From NCBI GenBank assembly GCA_033442325.1, contig JAWQFM010000032.1, positions 725,401 through 763,223 on the forward strand: DNA of 37,823 nucleotides, read 5' to 3'. This document shows, in pieces, positions 1 through 20,225 of this stretch. The position numbers and the translations under genes were made by a program. A model generated the notes under the pieces. It worked only from the letters and a program-made list of their open reading frames with translations, made no database searches and was not told where the DNA came from. Every line of letters starts with the position of its first letter. Position 1 is the stretch's first letter. The stretch is from Salpingoeca rosetta (lineage: Eukaryota; Protista; Choanoflagellata).

Positions 1-433
1 GCGCGCCTTGTACTTGATCACCTTGCCCTGGTCGTCACGCTTCTTCTCGAAAGATGACCATGCTGCGGAGCAGCTTGTGGCCCTTGGGAAGGTCAGCGCG
101 AGGCACGACGTCGTAGACGTCATTGGCCTGCATTGCCGCAAACTCGTCCAGGATGGCTTGGCGCCACTCCTCAGAGTCTGGCGAGGCAAGCGCCTCCTTG
201 ACGGTGGCTGGCTCAGCTGACGTGGCAACACTGCCAGCAGCGATGTCTGGTGGATGACCACCCACTGCTGATGTCTTCTCCCCCGTACCAGCAGCGCTGG
301 TGGCAACGTGACACGTGGTGGTTGAGCCACCAGAGGTGCCCTTATCGCCGAGGGTCTCGGACAGCAGCAGCTGGTCCCAGACGGAGCCGCCAAGGGCGCG
401 TGGCTGGAGCTGCTGTTGACTGTTGATAGGCAA
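1..433 (-). mobile_element. Ty1/copia LTR-retrotransposon pol fragment (start of RT domain), frameshifted
   Basis: Minus-strand EPATVKEALASPDSEEWRQAILDEFAAMQANDVYDVVPR...LLRSMVIF continues, after a 1-nt frameshift near position 50, as EKKRDDQGKVIKYKAR. This matches the copia RT N-terminal pattern EP.T..EAL....W..A...E..........W.LV / K.K....G....YKARLV. It runs off the window edge. Confidence 0.9.
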
Positions 434-450
434 GTCCTGTCTGCTGAGTC

Positions 451-655
451 ATCATTGACCTCCCTTCTTCACGACACCACAAATTTGCATTCACCTCTCT
501 TGTGTTCTGGAATGTTCACGTGATTTCCCTCCAACCTGTTGCACGTGCAGTGTTTAGCTTGTGTGGTTGCTCGATGTTACATGCTCTTGCATAACACACC
601 ACATAACCACACAACTCTCAACAAACACTGCCACGTCACCACTTTGCGTTGTCGA
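451..655. repeat. Direct repeat copy A (possible degenerate LTR)
   Basis: cctcccttcttcacgacaccacaaatttgcattcacctc...cacgtgcagtgtttagcttgtg...taacacaccacataaccacacaactctc recurs at 2661-2794 with internal deletions. Confidence 0.85.
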
Positions 656-915
656 CAATTCTTGTCTTCTGCTCTGTTTCTTTCTGTTTGGAGTGTTCAT
701 TTCATCCTACATCCTTGTTTTGCTTTCCCAACTCAAGTAAACACACACTACATGCTCTTGCATAACACACCACATAACCACACAACTCTCAACAAACACT
801 GCCACGTCACCACTTTGCGTTGTCGACAATTCTTGTCTTCTGCTCTGTTTCTTTCTGTTGGAGTGTTCATTCATCCTACATCCTTGTTTGCTTCACAACT
901 CAAGTAAACACACAC
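578..915. repeat. Tandem duplication, two ~170-bp units (578-748 and 749-915)
   Basis: tacatgctcttgcataacacacc...ctcaagtaaacacacac occurs twice head-to-tail, differing only by small indels or substitutions. Confidence 0.92.
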
Positions 916-1296
916 AACTCTCTCTTGCCAAGCCAATCTCCCACACAACACACAGCACACACACAGCACACAACACACACAGTACACACAAGTCTCCAAC
1001 AACAGCACCACCACCATGAACTTACAACATTGGCAAACAAGACAAAACCACACGAGAATGCAAATTCGGAAGGACTCAACACAAAACAGAAACTCACTGA
1101 CTCTCAACAAGTGCCATGCTCTCCAAGACACCTGACCTGCACCTGCTTGAGGCTGCTGATGCATTGTTATCAAGCGCCTTGCGAGGGTCTGTTAAGCTTG
1201 CAAAATGAAGTGTTACGTGTAACGCTGTCGCCTATGTACTTATCAACACGACGGGTACACACATACGCAAGCACACACACGCACACACGCACACAC

Positions 1297-1349
<53 letters not shown>

Positions 1350-2049
1350 GCAATGGTGAACAGAGCAAAGGCGAGGAAAGTGAAAGCATTGACACTGGAA
1401 CAGTGATGTCAACAGCCAGAAGTACGTTCAAACACATACTCGTCTTCCTCGGTCGATACCGCTTCTTTGACGTCTGGCTTTGGTCGCTCTCTGTCAAACA
1501 ATACCAAAGGCGCATGCACATGAATAACGATCTGAATGCGCACAAACTATAAACTACACTAATAGCTCAGCAGGGTGTACCCACGTCTCATTTTGAAGTT
1601 AATGAGGGTCCCATCCCCGGCCGTGACACATCCATGGATCCATGGATCATGGACCGACCACAGAGCACATTCCGCCTCGACTTCCGCCTGTGTACGAGGG
1701 AACGATACGACCTCCCTCAGGCCCAAGCAGATGGCGTGGATGATCTTCTAGCAGGTGACAGTCACGCACAACACGGGATCATCCACGCCACCTGCTTGGA
1801 TGTAACGCAGTCCAACAAACAACAGACATGGCGTGGTTGCAGCACTTGCATGGGGCGACAATTCATTGAAGTAAGACGGTGATGCCGCACTCTTGCCCAA
1901 TCTCCTTGCATGCAACTCCATGTGACAGATAATGCACGACAGTCGCAAGCAGCATCCTGCCGGAGATCCTGCAGCGGCGACGCTGGGGCATGTGTTGCAG
2001 TGGCAGTGCGCCATGTGGCTGCTGCTGTTGCAGTTACAGTTGCCTTAGA

Positions 2050-2480
2050 ACAAAGGCGGTAAGCTGCTGCTCTCCAAAGTTGAAGGGCCAATCTTACCCA
2101 TCACGCGGCGGATGTCCTCGATTGAGGTCGGAGGCGCTAGCTTGGAGATGCCATCCAGTTTCGGCCGATCGGGGCGCACACCATCAGCAGAGATGGTGTG
2201 GCAGGAAATGACACTTCTCGCGCTTGAGGCGCAAACCAACATCTCGCAGGCGCTGCAGAACCTTGTTGAGAAGGGCGATGTGCTCGTCAAAGATGGAACT
2301 GAACAATAGGATGTCATCCAGACAAATGCACGCGTTGCCAACATCAGCCAGCGCGGCCTGCATGGACCGTTGGAAGAACGCCGGAGCATTGCGCAGGCCA
2401 AACGGCACCACCTGGAACTCATACAGGCCCGTGCGGGTAATGAACGCCGTCTTCTGGCGCGCATCCTCCGCCCATAGCAG
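2050..2480 (-). mobile_element. Ty3/gypsy retrotransposon reverse-transcriptase relic (inactive)
   Basis: KTAFITRTGLYEFQVVPFGLRNAPAFFQRSM...ICLDDILLFS..FDEHIALLNKVLQRLRDVGLRLKREKCHF, then after a frameshift/deletion HTISADGVRPDRPKLDGISKLAPPTSIEDIRRVMG. These are typical gypsy RT motifs. The catalytic YLDD reads CLDD (2313-2324). Confidence 0.93.
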
Positions 2481-2660
2481 TGTCCCAACCACGTGCCCGT
2501 ATTCGCGCTAACCTGCTTCGTTGCTGCTCTGCTTCTTCTGCGCTTCTCCCACGCTGCTTGCCTAATGCACTGAGTCATGGCGCACGCCATTGGTTTCCCA
2601 TAATGGTTAGCAGTGCACAAGACTCCGTGTAGGCTGTGATGTTTCTGTCTCGTGAATCAT

Positions 2661-2794
2661 ATCATTTACCTCCCTTCTTCACGACACCACAAATTTGCAT
2701 TCACCTCCCGTGTTCTGGCACGTGCAGTGTTTAGCTTGTGTAACACACCACATAACCACACAACTCTCCACAAACACCACCTTGCGTTTTCGAC
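2661..2794. repeat. Direct repeat copy B (deleted derivative of 451-655)
   Basis: Same blocks as copy A in the same orientation, with three internal deletions of about 10-30 bp. Confidence 0.85.
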
Positions 2795-2877
2795 GACACT
2801 GTGACTAGAGAGTTCATTTCTAGGCTAAGGTCCTTTATCAAGTACGAGTCAATGGCAGTGTTTATGTTCGCCTCAAT

Positions 2878-2953
<76 letters not shown>

Positions 2954-2959
2954 AAGCGT

Positions 2960-11689
<8,730 letters not shown>

Positions 11690-12187
11690 TGCGTTGTTGT
11701 TGTTCTGTCACACAACAAGCGATAACCAGCAGTCAGTGGCTTATTCGTTTTGTGTGTGTGGAAATGCCAACAACGGCCGTGATAGCGGTTCTTCTCTCCT
11801 CGTTCTGACAACGAGACACTTTCCTGTTCCCAACCAATCACACACAGACACAGACACAGACACAGACACAATACACAAACACACAGTACAGACACAATCA
11901 CACACTTCACACGCTGTACACACGGCACTGCTGTCACTGCTGTCACTGCTTTGTATTTGGTAGCTGAACTTGAGAGACGACAGTTAAGGAGACAGGAGGG
12001 CATGAGGAGACAGGAGGGCATGGGGGATGTGGGAGGGACGGGTGCGTGACAGCGACGAGACACATGGACAGCCTGTTGATGGCAGGAAGAGGTGGACGAG
12101 AGAGGATGGGGGTGCAAGTGGGAAGGGAGACACTACACGGCGAGCCGTGCAGTGCAAGAATGCCTTTCACACAACAGCAGAGTGTGC

Positions 12188-12272
12188 TCAGTTGTCGAGG
12201 GAGAGGGACATGCCGAGGTTGTGGCCGCCGCTGGTGAGGTTGTTGCCGACAAGCTGTTCGTGACGCACGAGG

Positions 12273-12336
<64 letters not shown>

Positions 12337-12517
12337 ATGGGGGGGGGTGTTCATTGTGTGAGGTGGGGCGAGGAAGCGAAGAACACCAGGGCAACACCAA
12401 ACCAAAGCCTCACAAGCAGGCACCTCAACAATGGTTCTTACAATTAAAAAAACAAACAAACAAACACACACACACACACAGCAGGCACACACACACACAC
12501 ACACACACACACAGCAG

Positions 12518-12552
<35 letters not shown>

Positions 12553-12921
12553 TCCCCCTTGACTGACGTTGGCGGCGAGGGTCATGGTGACACCGGGGCG
12601 GAGCTTCTGCACGTAAGCGAGGCCGAGGTTGAGCTTGTTGTCGACCTTGGCCTTGACATATGCAGAGTCGTCCAGCTGCAGGCGGCCGGCAACGCCGAGC
12701 TTCGTGGCGCCCGTCTTGGACCAGCCAAACTCAGCACCAGCCTGCACCGTGGCGCGGGGGGTGTGGAAGAGCTTGATGTTCACGTCGCGGCCATCCGTGC
12801 TGTTTCAAGGCAGCAAAAGGGCGGGCGGTGGTGATAGTGATGGGGAGGGCGCGTTAGAGGTGATGGGGATGATGATGGTGATGATGTGATGGCGCGGCCG
12901 TGGCAAGCACCACAAATTCGC

Positions 12922-12980
<59 letters not shown>

Positions 12981-13991
12981 CTTCACTTGTAGCAGCTGCA
13001 GTTAACCACCACGCCACCACCACCACCGCCACCACCACGACTTACACAGTGGAGGTGATGCTGTAGTCCTGCTCCACAAAGGCGACGCCAACGGAGGTAG
13101 ACTTGAGGTTGGTGGAGGCGCCAAAGAGGAACTTGTTGTAGGAGAAGACGCCAGAGCCGGAGACCTTGCAAAAGTCTGTGTCGAGGGTGGCGGCAAACTG
13201 GTCGCGGACGAGCGAGGACTTGAGCTTGATCGAGTCAAGCCCCGAGGTGGAGGGCTTGAAGCTGGTGGTGAGGCTGAGGTCTGTGCCGGGGGTGAGGAGG
13301 TTCTTCCTGGACACCTCGGTGGCGACAACGTTGCCCGTGGTCCACTTCTCCTTCACGTTGAGGCCAGAGGCCTTGTGGGAGAACTTGGTCTCAATAAGAC
13401 CAGACACGGAGCCGTCCTTGTTGGAGCGGGTGCCCTCAACCTTCAGGTTCTGTTTGGGAGAAGAGGGGGGGGGGAGAACCGGGAAAAGGTGAGTGAGCGC
13501 ATGAATGCATGTGTGTATGTGTGTGTATGTGTGGATGTGTGTGTGTGTGTGTATGTGTGTATGTGTGTGTGTGTGTGTGTGTGGGTTTGTTGTTGCTGTT
13601 GCTGGTGGTGGCGCTGTGACAATGCTGCGGATCATACACGCTGGCGCTGTGCACAGCAGCTTGATGCAAGCATGCATCTGAACAACGACATCAACACACA
13701 AGCAAACAATTGCACACAAAAACAAGTGCACGCACAGTGCCGTTGATGGCCTTAGACTTGAGGGTGAGCTTGTTGGCCGAGGCGTCTGGAAACAAGCACA
13801 GCGAAGGCACACGGTGAGGAAGCAGAAGGAGTGCAGGAGGGGGCCAGTGCGCAGGCAGAAGAATGCCCGCAGAGGAACAGTGCCACTGCCAAGCGAAAGT
13901 GCATGATGATGTGTGCTGTTGACGCACTGAAGTCATCGGAGAAGAGATCGGCGCAAGCCTTGCCGAGGTCAGAGAACTTGGGGGTTGCCAT
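12188..13991 (-). CDS. VDAC: Mitochondrial porin / voltage-dependent anion channel, 5 exons, ~271 aa
   Basis: Exons 13928-13991, 13736-13785, 13046-13449, 12568-12799 and 12188-12253 are all GT-AG and in frame. Translation: MATPKFSDLGKACADLFSDDF...GLNVKEKWTTGNVVATEV...YVKAKVDNKLNLGLAYVQKLRPGVTMTLAANLVGNNLTSGGHNLGMSLSLDN*. It has the classical VDAC N-terminal helix and C-terminal strands. Confidence 0.97.
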
Positions 13992-14573
13992 TGTGTTGGT
14001 TTGAGTGATGGGGTACTGCATGTGCGAAGAGACCGGAGGGGGGGGGAAGAGCAAAGGAAAAGCAGGAACGAGGAGCAAGCAAGCAAGCAAGCGAGCAAGG
14101 AAGCGAGCGAGCAGGTGAGACAGTTGCACTTGTGAGGCGGTGTGTTGCGGCGTGATGTCAGTGTGTTTGTGGATGTTGTTGTGTCGGTGTTGTTGTTGTT
14201 GATGGGAGCGCACCCTAACACTGCATCATCAACACCATCAGCCGTCATTGTACTGCGCTGCACTGCTGGCGTTTGCACCGTCGTCCCTCCACGCACCCAG
14301 CACCACCGCCAGCACAGCAAGGTCAACAAGCACCTCACCAGTCTTGATAAGCACGGGCAAGCAACGATTTGGGGGCTGGAGATGGTCGAGTGTTTGTGTG
14401 TGTCGCTGCCGCTTCGCTTGTTTGTCTTTCGGCAGATTTTTCGCCGCCCGCGAATCGTATATTGTGCACACCGACATTTTTCGCGGCAGCGCCACCATTT
14501 TTTGGTGGCAGTTGATAGTCGACGCGCAACTCATGGAAACAGCACAAGATGATGACTACGGCGAGGTGTGCTT

Positions 14574-14681
<108 letters not shown>

Positions 14682-14742
14682 TGGTGTGTGCGTGCGTGTG
14701 TGCTTGGTGTGTGTGTGTGTGTGTGTGTGATGGCACACAAGC

Positions 14743-15289
14743 TCAGCGAAGGTAACCGCTGTCAGGTACGTTGCAGGACAGTGTGTGCGTGTGTGTGCGT
14801 GTGGTGGAGACAGGGTGAGGATGGGAAGCAAAAAGCGACGCCAACAAAAAGAGCGAAGTGCGACTGCAAACATCACTGGCCTGGCAAACGCGCAGACACA
14901 GAACCGCAGGCAGGCAGACAAGCAGGCACGCAGGCAGGCACCCACGCACATCCACAAACACACACATCCACACATACACACACACACACACACATAAACA
15001 CACACACATACATGCGTTCACACCCCGTCCCTCCGTCACTCACACCATAGCGCGACAACAACGTACGGGAGTTTGATGGACATGAAGAGGCGTGTTGCGA
15101 GGAAGGTGATGAGAACAAGGCCGCTGCCGAGCGCAAGGAAGGTCATGCGGCGCGTCTTGGAGACACCCGCCTGGTTCGCCTGCGAGGAAAGGTAGAAGGG
15201 GGAGGGTTGGTTGGTGTTGTGTGAGGGAAAGAGGGAATGAGAGCCCACAAAGCACGTTGAGATGGAGTGTCGCCAACAACAACAGCAGC

Positions 15290-15338
<49 letters not shown>

Positions 15339-15459
15339 ATGCACACATGCAGCACGGTCGAAAGACAACCGCACGCACGGGGTTCAGATGCGCACAGACA
15401 GACGGACAGACAGACAGACAGATAGACAAAGAGACAAAGAGATATACAGGCAGACAGGC

Positions 15460-15500
<41 letters not shown>

Positions 15501-16508
15501 CTCACTCTCTCACACAGACAGACAGACAAACACACACTCACTCTCTCATACAGAAAGACAGTGGGAAACCCACCCAACCCCTCCCCTCCCCCCCCCCCCC
15601 CACACACAGACCTGATCGAGAGCAATGAACCCAAGGCCACCGAGGAGAAACATAAACGCAGAGGAGAGGCCTTCCGTGATGAACTGGCCGTTGATGCGGC
15701 CCTGCATGAAGGCAACGGGCACCTGGCGGCCATGCTCGTTAACCTGGTACCCAATTGACGGCGGCTCAATAATCATGTCTGCACAATAAGCGGGGACGGG
15801 CGGAGAAGGGTTGGGCGCGTGTGTGAAGGGCGTGCGTTGAGTGACGAATGGGAAAAGATGAGGGGGGGGGGACGTGAAAAGAAAGGTTTCACGGTTGAAA
15901 AGTGAATGTGCACGCTGTCGTCACAGAAGAGTAAGAGTTAAGGGGGGGGGGGTGGAGCTCAAGCGACACGCGTCAGAACTGCGCTAGCGACGAACAAGAG
16001 ATCATGGCGCACTGCTCAGAAATACTGAGGGAGGAGAAGCAGGGGAGGGGAGACGAAGGGGCAGGAGGAGGAGAAGGAGGAGGAGGAAGAAGAAGAAGAC
16101 GAGGAGGAGGAAGAGGAGGAGGAAGAGGAAGAGGAGGAGGAAGAGGAAGAGGAGGAGGAGGAGGAAGAGGAAGAGGAGAAAAAGAACAAGAACAACAACA
16201 ACAAGAACAACAACAACAAGAACAACAACAACAAGAAAAACAACAACAACAAGAACAACAACTTAAACAACTTAAACAACTTAAACAACTTAAACAACTT
16301 AAACAACAACTTAAACAACTGTATCGCTTGCTCTTCCAACAAACGCACCGTAGATGATGCCGGCGGTGACGAGAAAGTACGAGAGAAGGAGCGCAGAGAG
16401 CACGAGCGTGCTGCTTGGGCGCCATTCCGTGTCAATCCCACGCAGCCGAAGCGACGGTGCCTTGACAGGGCCCAGCGCCGCCGCATACAAGCCAGTGATC
16501 GCCTCCAT
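14743..16508 (-). CDS. OSTC: Oligosaccharyltransferase subunit OSTC/DC2, 4 exons, ~151 aa
   Basis: Exons 16349-16508, 15612-15778, 15067-15179 and 14743-14758. Translation: ...[66 protein letters not shown]...[13 protein letters not shown]. This closely matches animal OSTC ([21 protein letters not shown]...RVNGQYIMEGL...MKLPGYL). Confidence 0.96.
16025..16322. repeat. Compound low-complexity tract (GGA/GAA)n-(CAA/GAA)n-(ACAACTTAA)n in OSTC intron 1
   Basis: Direct reading of the sequence. Confidence 0.9.
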
Positions 16509-16656
16509 CGCTGTTCCCTCGTTCGTCCTCGTTGCTCAAGCGACAGTGGTTGTAGAAAATTGATTGATTTTATTCGCAAAAAGAAGTTAAAGGAGCGTTT
16601 ACTTGTGGGATGGGCTGGCTGGTGTCTTTGTTTGTTTTGTTTGCACAGCATCGTCG

Positions 16657-17337
16657 TCAGTGGTGCGACATGCCTCCTTGCTGCACAGGGCCCGTTCCAA
16701 GCTGGCAGGGTGACGAGGAGGACGAGGGGGAGGAAGAGGAGGAGGATGAGGAGGAGATGGTGAGCGCAACAAGCACACGAAGTGTAAGGGCAGCTGCACG
16801 GGGCGTACACACAGAGACAGACAGACAGACAGACACAGACACTGAGACACACAGACACACAGACACACAGACACACACACACACACACACACATACACTC
16901 TCACGCACATACACATAGCAATCAACGCACGGTGCGGAGGGGCCCGCCGTCGCGCATGTGTCGAGGCATGTTGGAGAGTGTGTTGACGGAGACAACGTGC
17001 TCAGCCAGGAAGAACATGTACTCTGCACAAATCAAAGAGAGAATTGGAGAACGAACGTTCACACCAAGGGGCTCACGTGAGGGTGATGGGGGGGGGGGCT
17101 CGCTGACATTGAAAGAAAGAAAGAAAGGAATGAGATGTGTGTGCCCAGCTCAGGAGCAAGAGCACACGGCTGTAGGAAAAGACCAAGAGAGAAAGGGGGA
17201 GAAGAAACACAGGAGGACAGGTAGGCAGTCAGAAATAGACACCTACACAGGCAGCCATAACACACAGACACCCACACACACCCACACACCCACACCCACA
17301 GACACACACCCACCCGCACACACACACACACACACCC

Positions 17338-17401
<64 letters not shown>

Positions 17402-18170
17402 CAGCAGCGAGGGCCTCACCGTCGCAGAACAAGCGCATGAGGTGGAACATGCCGAACGTGGCGGCGCTGCGCAGCGTCAGGTCCCGGATGACCTGCGAGC
17501 TGACGAGTGGGGTGGTGATGACGGAGGACAAGGCAAAGGGGGGGGGGCGCAGTTGGGTTGGGTGAGGTTGAGGTGATCAGGAAAAAGGATGAAGACTACT
17601 GCACAACACAGCACAGCACAGGGGTTGCAACAAACGTAACATACCCACCCTTGGCAGCCACACAGACAATACCCTACACCCTTCACAGCCACACAGACAA
17701 TACCCTACACCCTTCGCAGCCACACAGACAATACCCTACACCCTTCGCAGCCACACAGACAATACCCTACACCCTTCGCAGCCACACAGACAATACCTGA
17801 GGAAGGACCAGGAGAGGCAGAGGTTGGCTGCTGGCTTTGCGAGGTCGACGCCGTTTGAGCCGGGCTGCTGCTGCTGGGAGAGGACGGTGTGCGCTACAGA
17901 TTGGAGCCACGAGCACCACGACTCCAGCGGCGCCGCGTCTCGCAGCACGTGCTGGAACTCCTCATGCAGTCTGGTGGTGTGGTGGTGACGTGTTGGTGGT
18001 GGTGGGTGAAATACGCACACAAAGGCAGAACAGGTCGTGAACATTGCACACTGGCAGAAACAGGAGAGGTACAAAGGCGGGAAAGCACGCAGACGAACAC
18101 GTGCACAGACAGACAGGAGAACACCCTCACACACACGCATTCACACACATTCACATTCACACACGCACAC

Positions 18171-18208
<38 letters not shown>

Positions 18209-18752
18209 TCATACAGAGGACTGACTGTATGACGGTGTGTTTGGCGCATGACGGGCACATGGAGACGAGCTGGTCTGCAACGGCGTTGAAGTCAATCTTG
18301 ACAAAGTCCTCATTCATCTGCAGCCGTGCATTGTGCGTGCGTGTGCGTGTGTGTGAGCTTGGTGTATGTGATGGGTCGACACGGGTAGCCATACACAAAC
18401 GCGGACACAGACACGCAGACACAGACACAGAGACAGACACAGACACAGACACACAGACACACAGACATACACACTGAACGCACCGCAGCGACTTGGTGCT
18501 GCTTTGCGAGGAGGTCTCGGGCGGCCTGTGCCAGGTGGTTAAGGCCCGTGTACCGCCGCAGCCGCTGACCCAGTGGTCGGGCCGCGTGCAGCAGGTTGAG
18601 ACGATGATGAGGATAAAGGGGGTGGTGCAATGATGGACTGCATACACCTTGGCACGACATGCATGGGTTGTCCTCTTTCCCCTCGTCTCAACCCACACTG
18701 GCTCGCTCATACACACACACCCACACACACACACCCACACACACACACACAC

Positions 18753-18804
<52 letters not shown>

Positions 18805-18807
18805 ACG

Positions 18808-18875
<68 letters not shown>

Positions 18876-20053
18876 TACCTGTGCGAAGAGCGCTGTGGTT
18901 CTGATTTTGCTGTGTGCGACGCGTGGGGGCAGGGCGGCGACGGCAGCGTGCATCCATGGCTGCAGGCGCTTGGAGAACGAGCGGATGGACTTGGTCACCG
19001 CGGGCTGCATGCGCTGCAGCACATCCGGCAGGATGATCGACAGCATCCGCTGGAAGATGAACGTGTCCCGCACCTGACCAAGGGAGAGGGAGGGGGTCGT
19101 ATGCGGGTGTGTGAGTGATTGATTGATTGAGTGAGTGTGTGAGTGTGTGAGTGAACGTGTGAGTGAGTGAGTGAGTGAGTGAGTGAGTGAGTGAGTGAGT
19201 GAGTGAGTGAGTGAGTGAGTGTGGTGAGCTGGAAGATGGTCGACAGGCCGTGCTGAACAAGGGAAGCCTTGCCGGCAATTGCCATCGCGTGTAGTCGTGT
19301 GATGGACGCAGCAACTCACGTGGCAGTACTTCTCGCCGTCATCCGTGTCCAGGATTCGTGAAAACCGGCTTGCCTCCCGCCACTGGCTCTCCCAAAACGG
19401 CCCAATCTGTGACGCCAGTGGCACGTGAGTGCTGCGATCGCGACATTGCAGCTGGGAGGGGGCGGTGATCGGAGGAGGCATCACCACACATCAACAACTA
19501 CACAGACGAGCAGCCGCACAGCCAGTCAGCCAGCCAGCCAGCCATACACACACCACCCACACACACCCACAGACACACAGACACAGACACAGACACACAG
19601 ACACACAAGCACCGCACGCACAGCGTCAAGCTGGTTTGTTTCGACCAATTCCAGAAGTTGTGTCTCCTGGATCATCACAAGCACAAGCACAAGGTGTGTG
19701 TATGTGGTGTTGTGGTGATGTTAGCCTACGTGACGACCACCAACGCTTGACGCGCAGCCAGCAACAACAGTAGCAGGCGTCCTCGTTCATACATATGTGT
19801 TGTAGAAGTTGAGAAAGTCCTGGTTGTCCAACAGCGGCAGTGACGAGGAAATCCGCACATCTGACAAGTCAAACTGAAACGAAACCAGGCGAACGCAACG
19901 TTGTCATGAGGACACAGCCTTGTGCAGTGACAGCAGCACAGAGTGTCAGGCACAAGTGACACACACAGAGAGACACAGAGACACGCACACACACACACAC
20001 ACTGAGTCGCACACACACACTAACTCACACTGACACACACACACACACACACT

Positions 20054-20114
<61 letters not shown>

Positions 20115-20225
20115 ACACAGACTCACGTCAAATCCGCTTGTGTGAGCGACATCAACACCTCCCGGTGGCTGCTGGTGCTGTGGTGCAGGCTGATAGTAGC
20201 CCTGCTGATGCTGGTGCTGGCTCAT
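16657..20225 (-). CDS. RFX: RFX-family protein with B, C and dimerisation domains and no recognisable DNA-binding domain; ~11 exons, ~355 aa
   Basis: [13 protein letters not shown]...[32 protein letters not shown]; [28 protein letters not shown]...[27 protein letters not shown]; IDFNAVADQ; LESWCSWL; [39 protein letters not shown]. These match the RFX1/2/3 C-terminal region ([15 protein letters not shown]; [37 protein letters not shown]). The first exon (20127-20225) and last exon (16657-16701) are less certain. Confidence 0.9.
17641..17796. repeat. 31-bp minisatellite, ~5 copies, at the 5' end of an RFX intron
   Basis: Unit gccacacagacaataccctacacccttcgca starts at 17657, 17688, 17719, 17750 and (partial) 17781. 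Confidence 0.95.

Noticed and set aside
1571-1630. cagggtgtacc... resembling a Tc1/mariner terminal inverted repeat
   Set aside because: There is no flanking TA, no matching inverted copy and no transposase nearby.
1634-2050. Short GC-rich ORFs between the retroelement relics, possibly gag/pol remnants
   Set aside because: I could not recognise any motif with confidence; a putative zinc knuckle near 1950-1980 is too degenerate to call.
14533-14570. ATG-initiated + strand mini-exon (METAQDDDYGE|gt) between VDAC and OSTC
   Set aside because: No downstream exon or homology supports it; it is probably OSTC 3' UTR or intergenic.
17641-17796. 31-bp repeats resembling a CRISPR array
   Set aside because: The units are directly tandem with no unique spacers, there are no cas genes, and the context is a eukaryotic intron.
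19265-19285. ttgccggcaa palindrome as an RFX X-box for autoregulation
   Set aside because: It does not fit the full GTTRCC-N(0-3)-RGYAAC consensus and lies in an intron.
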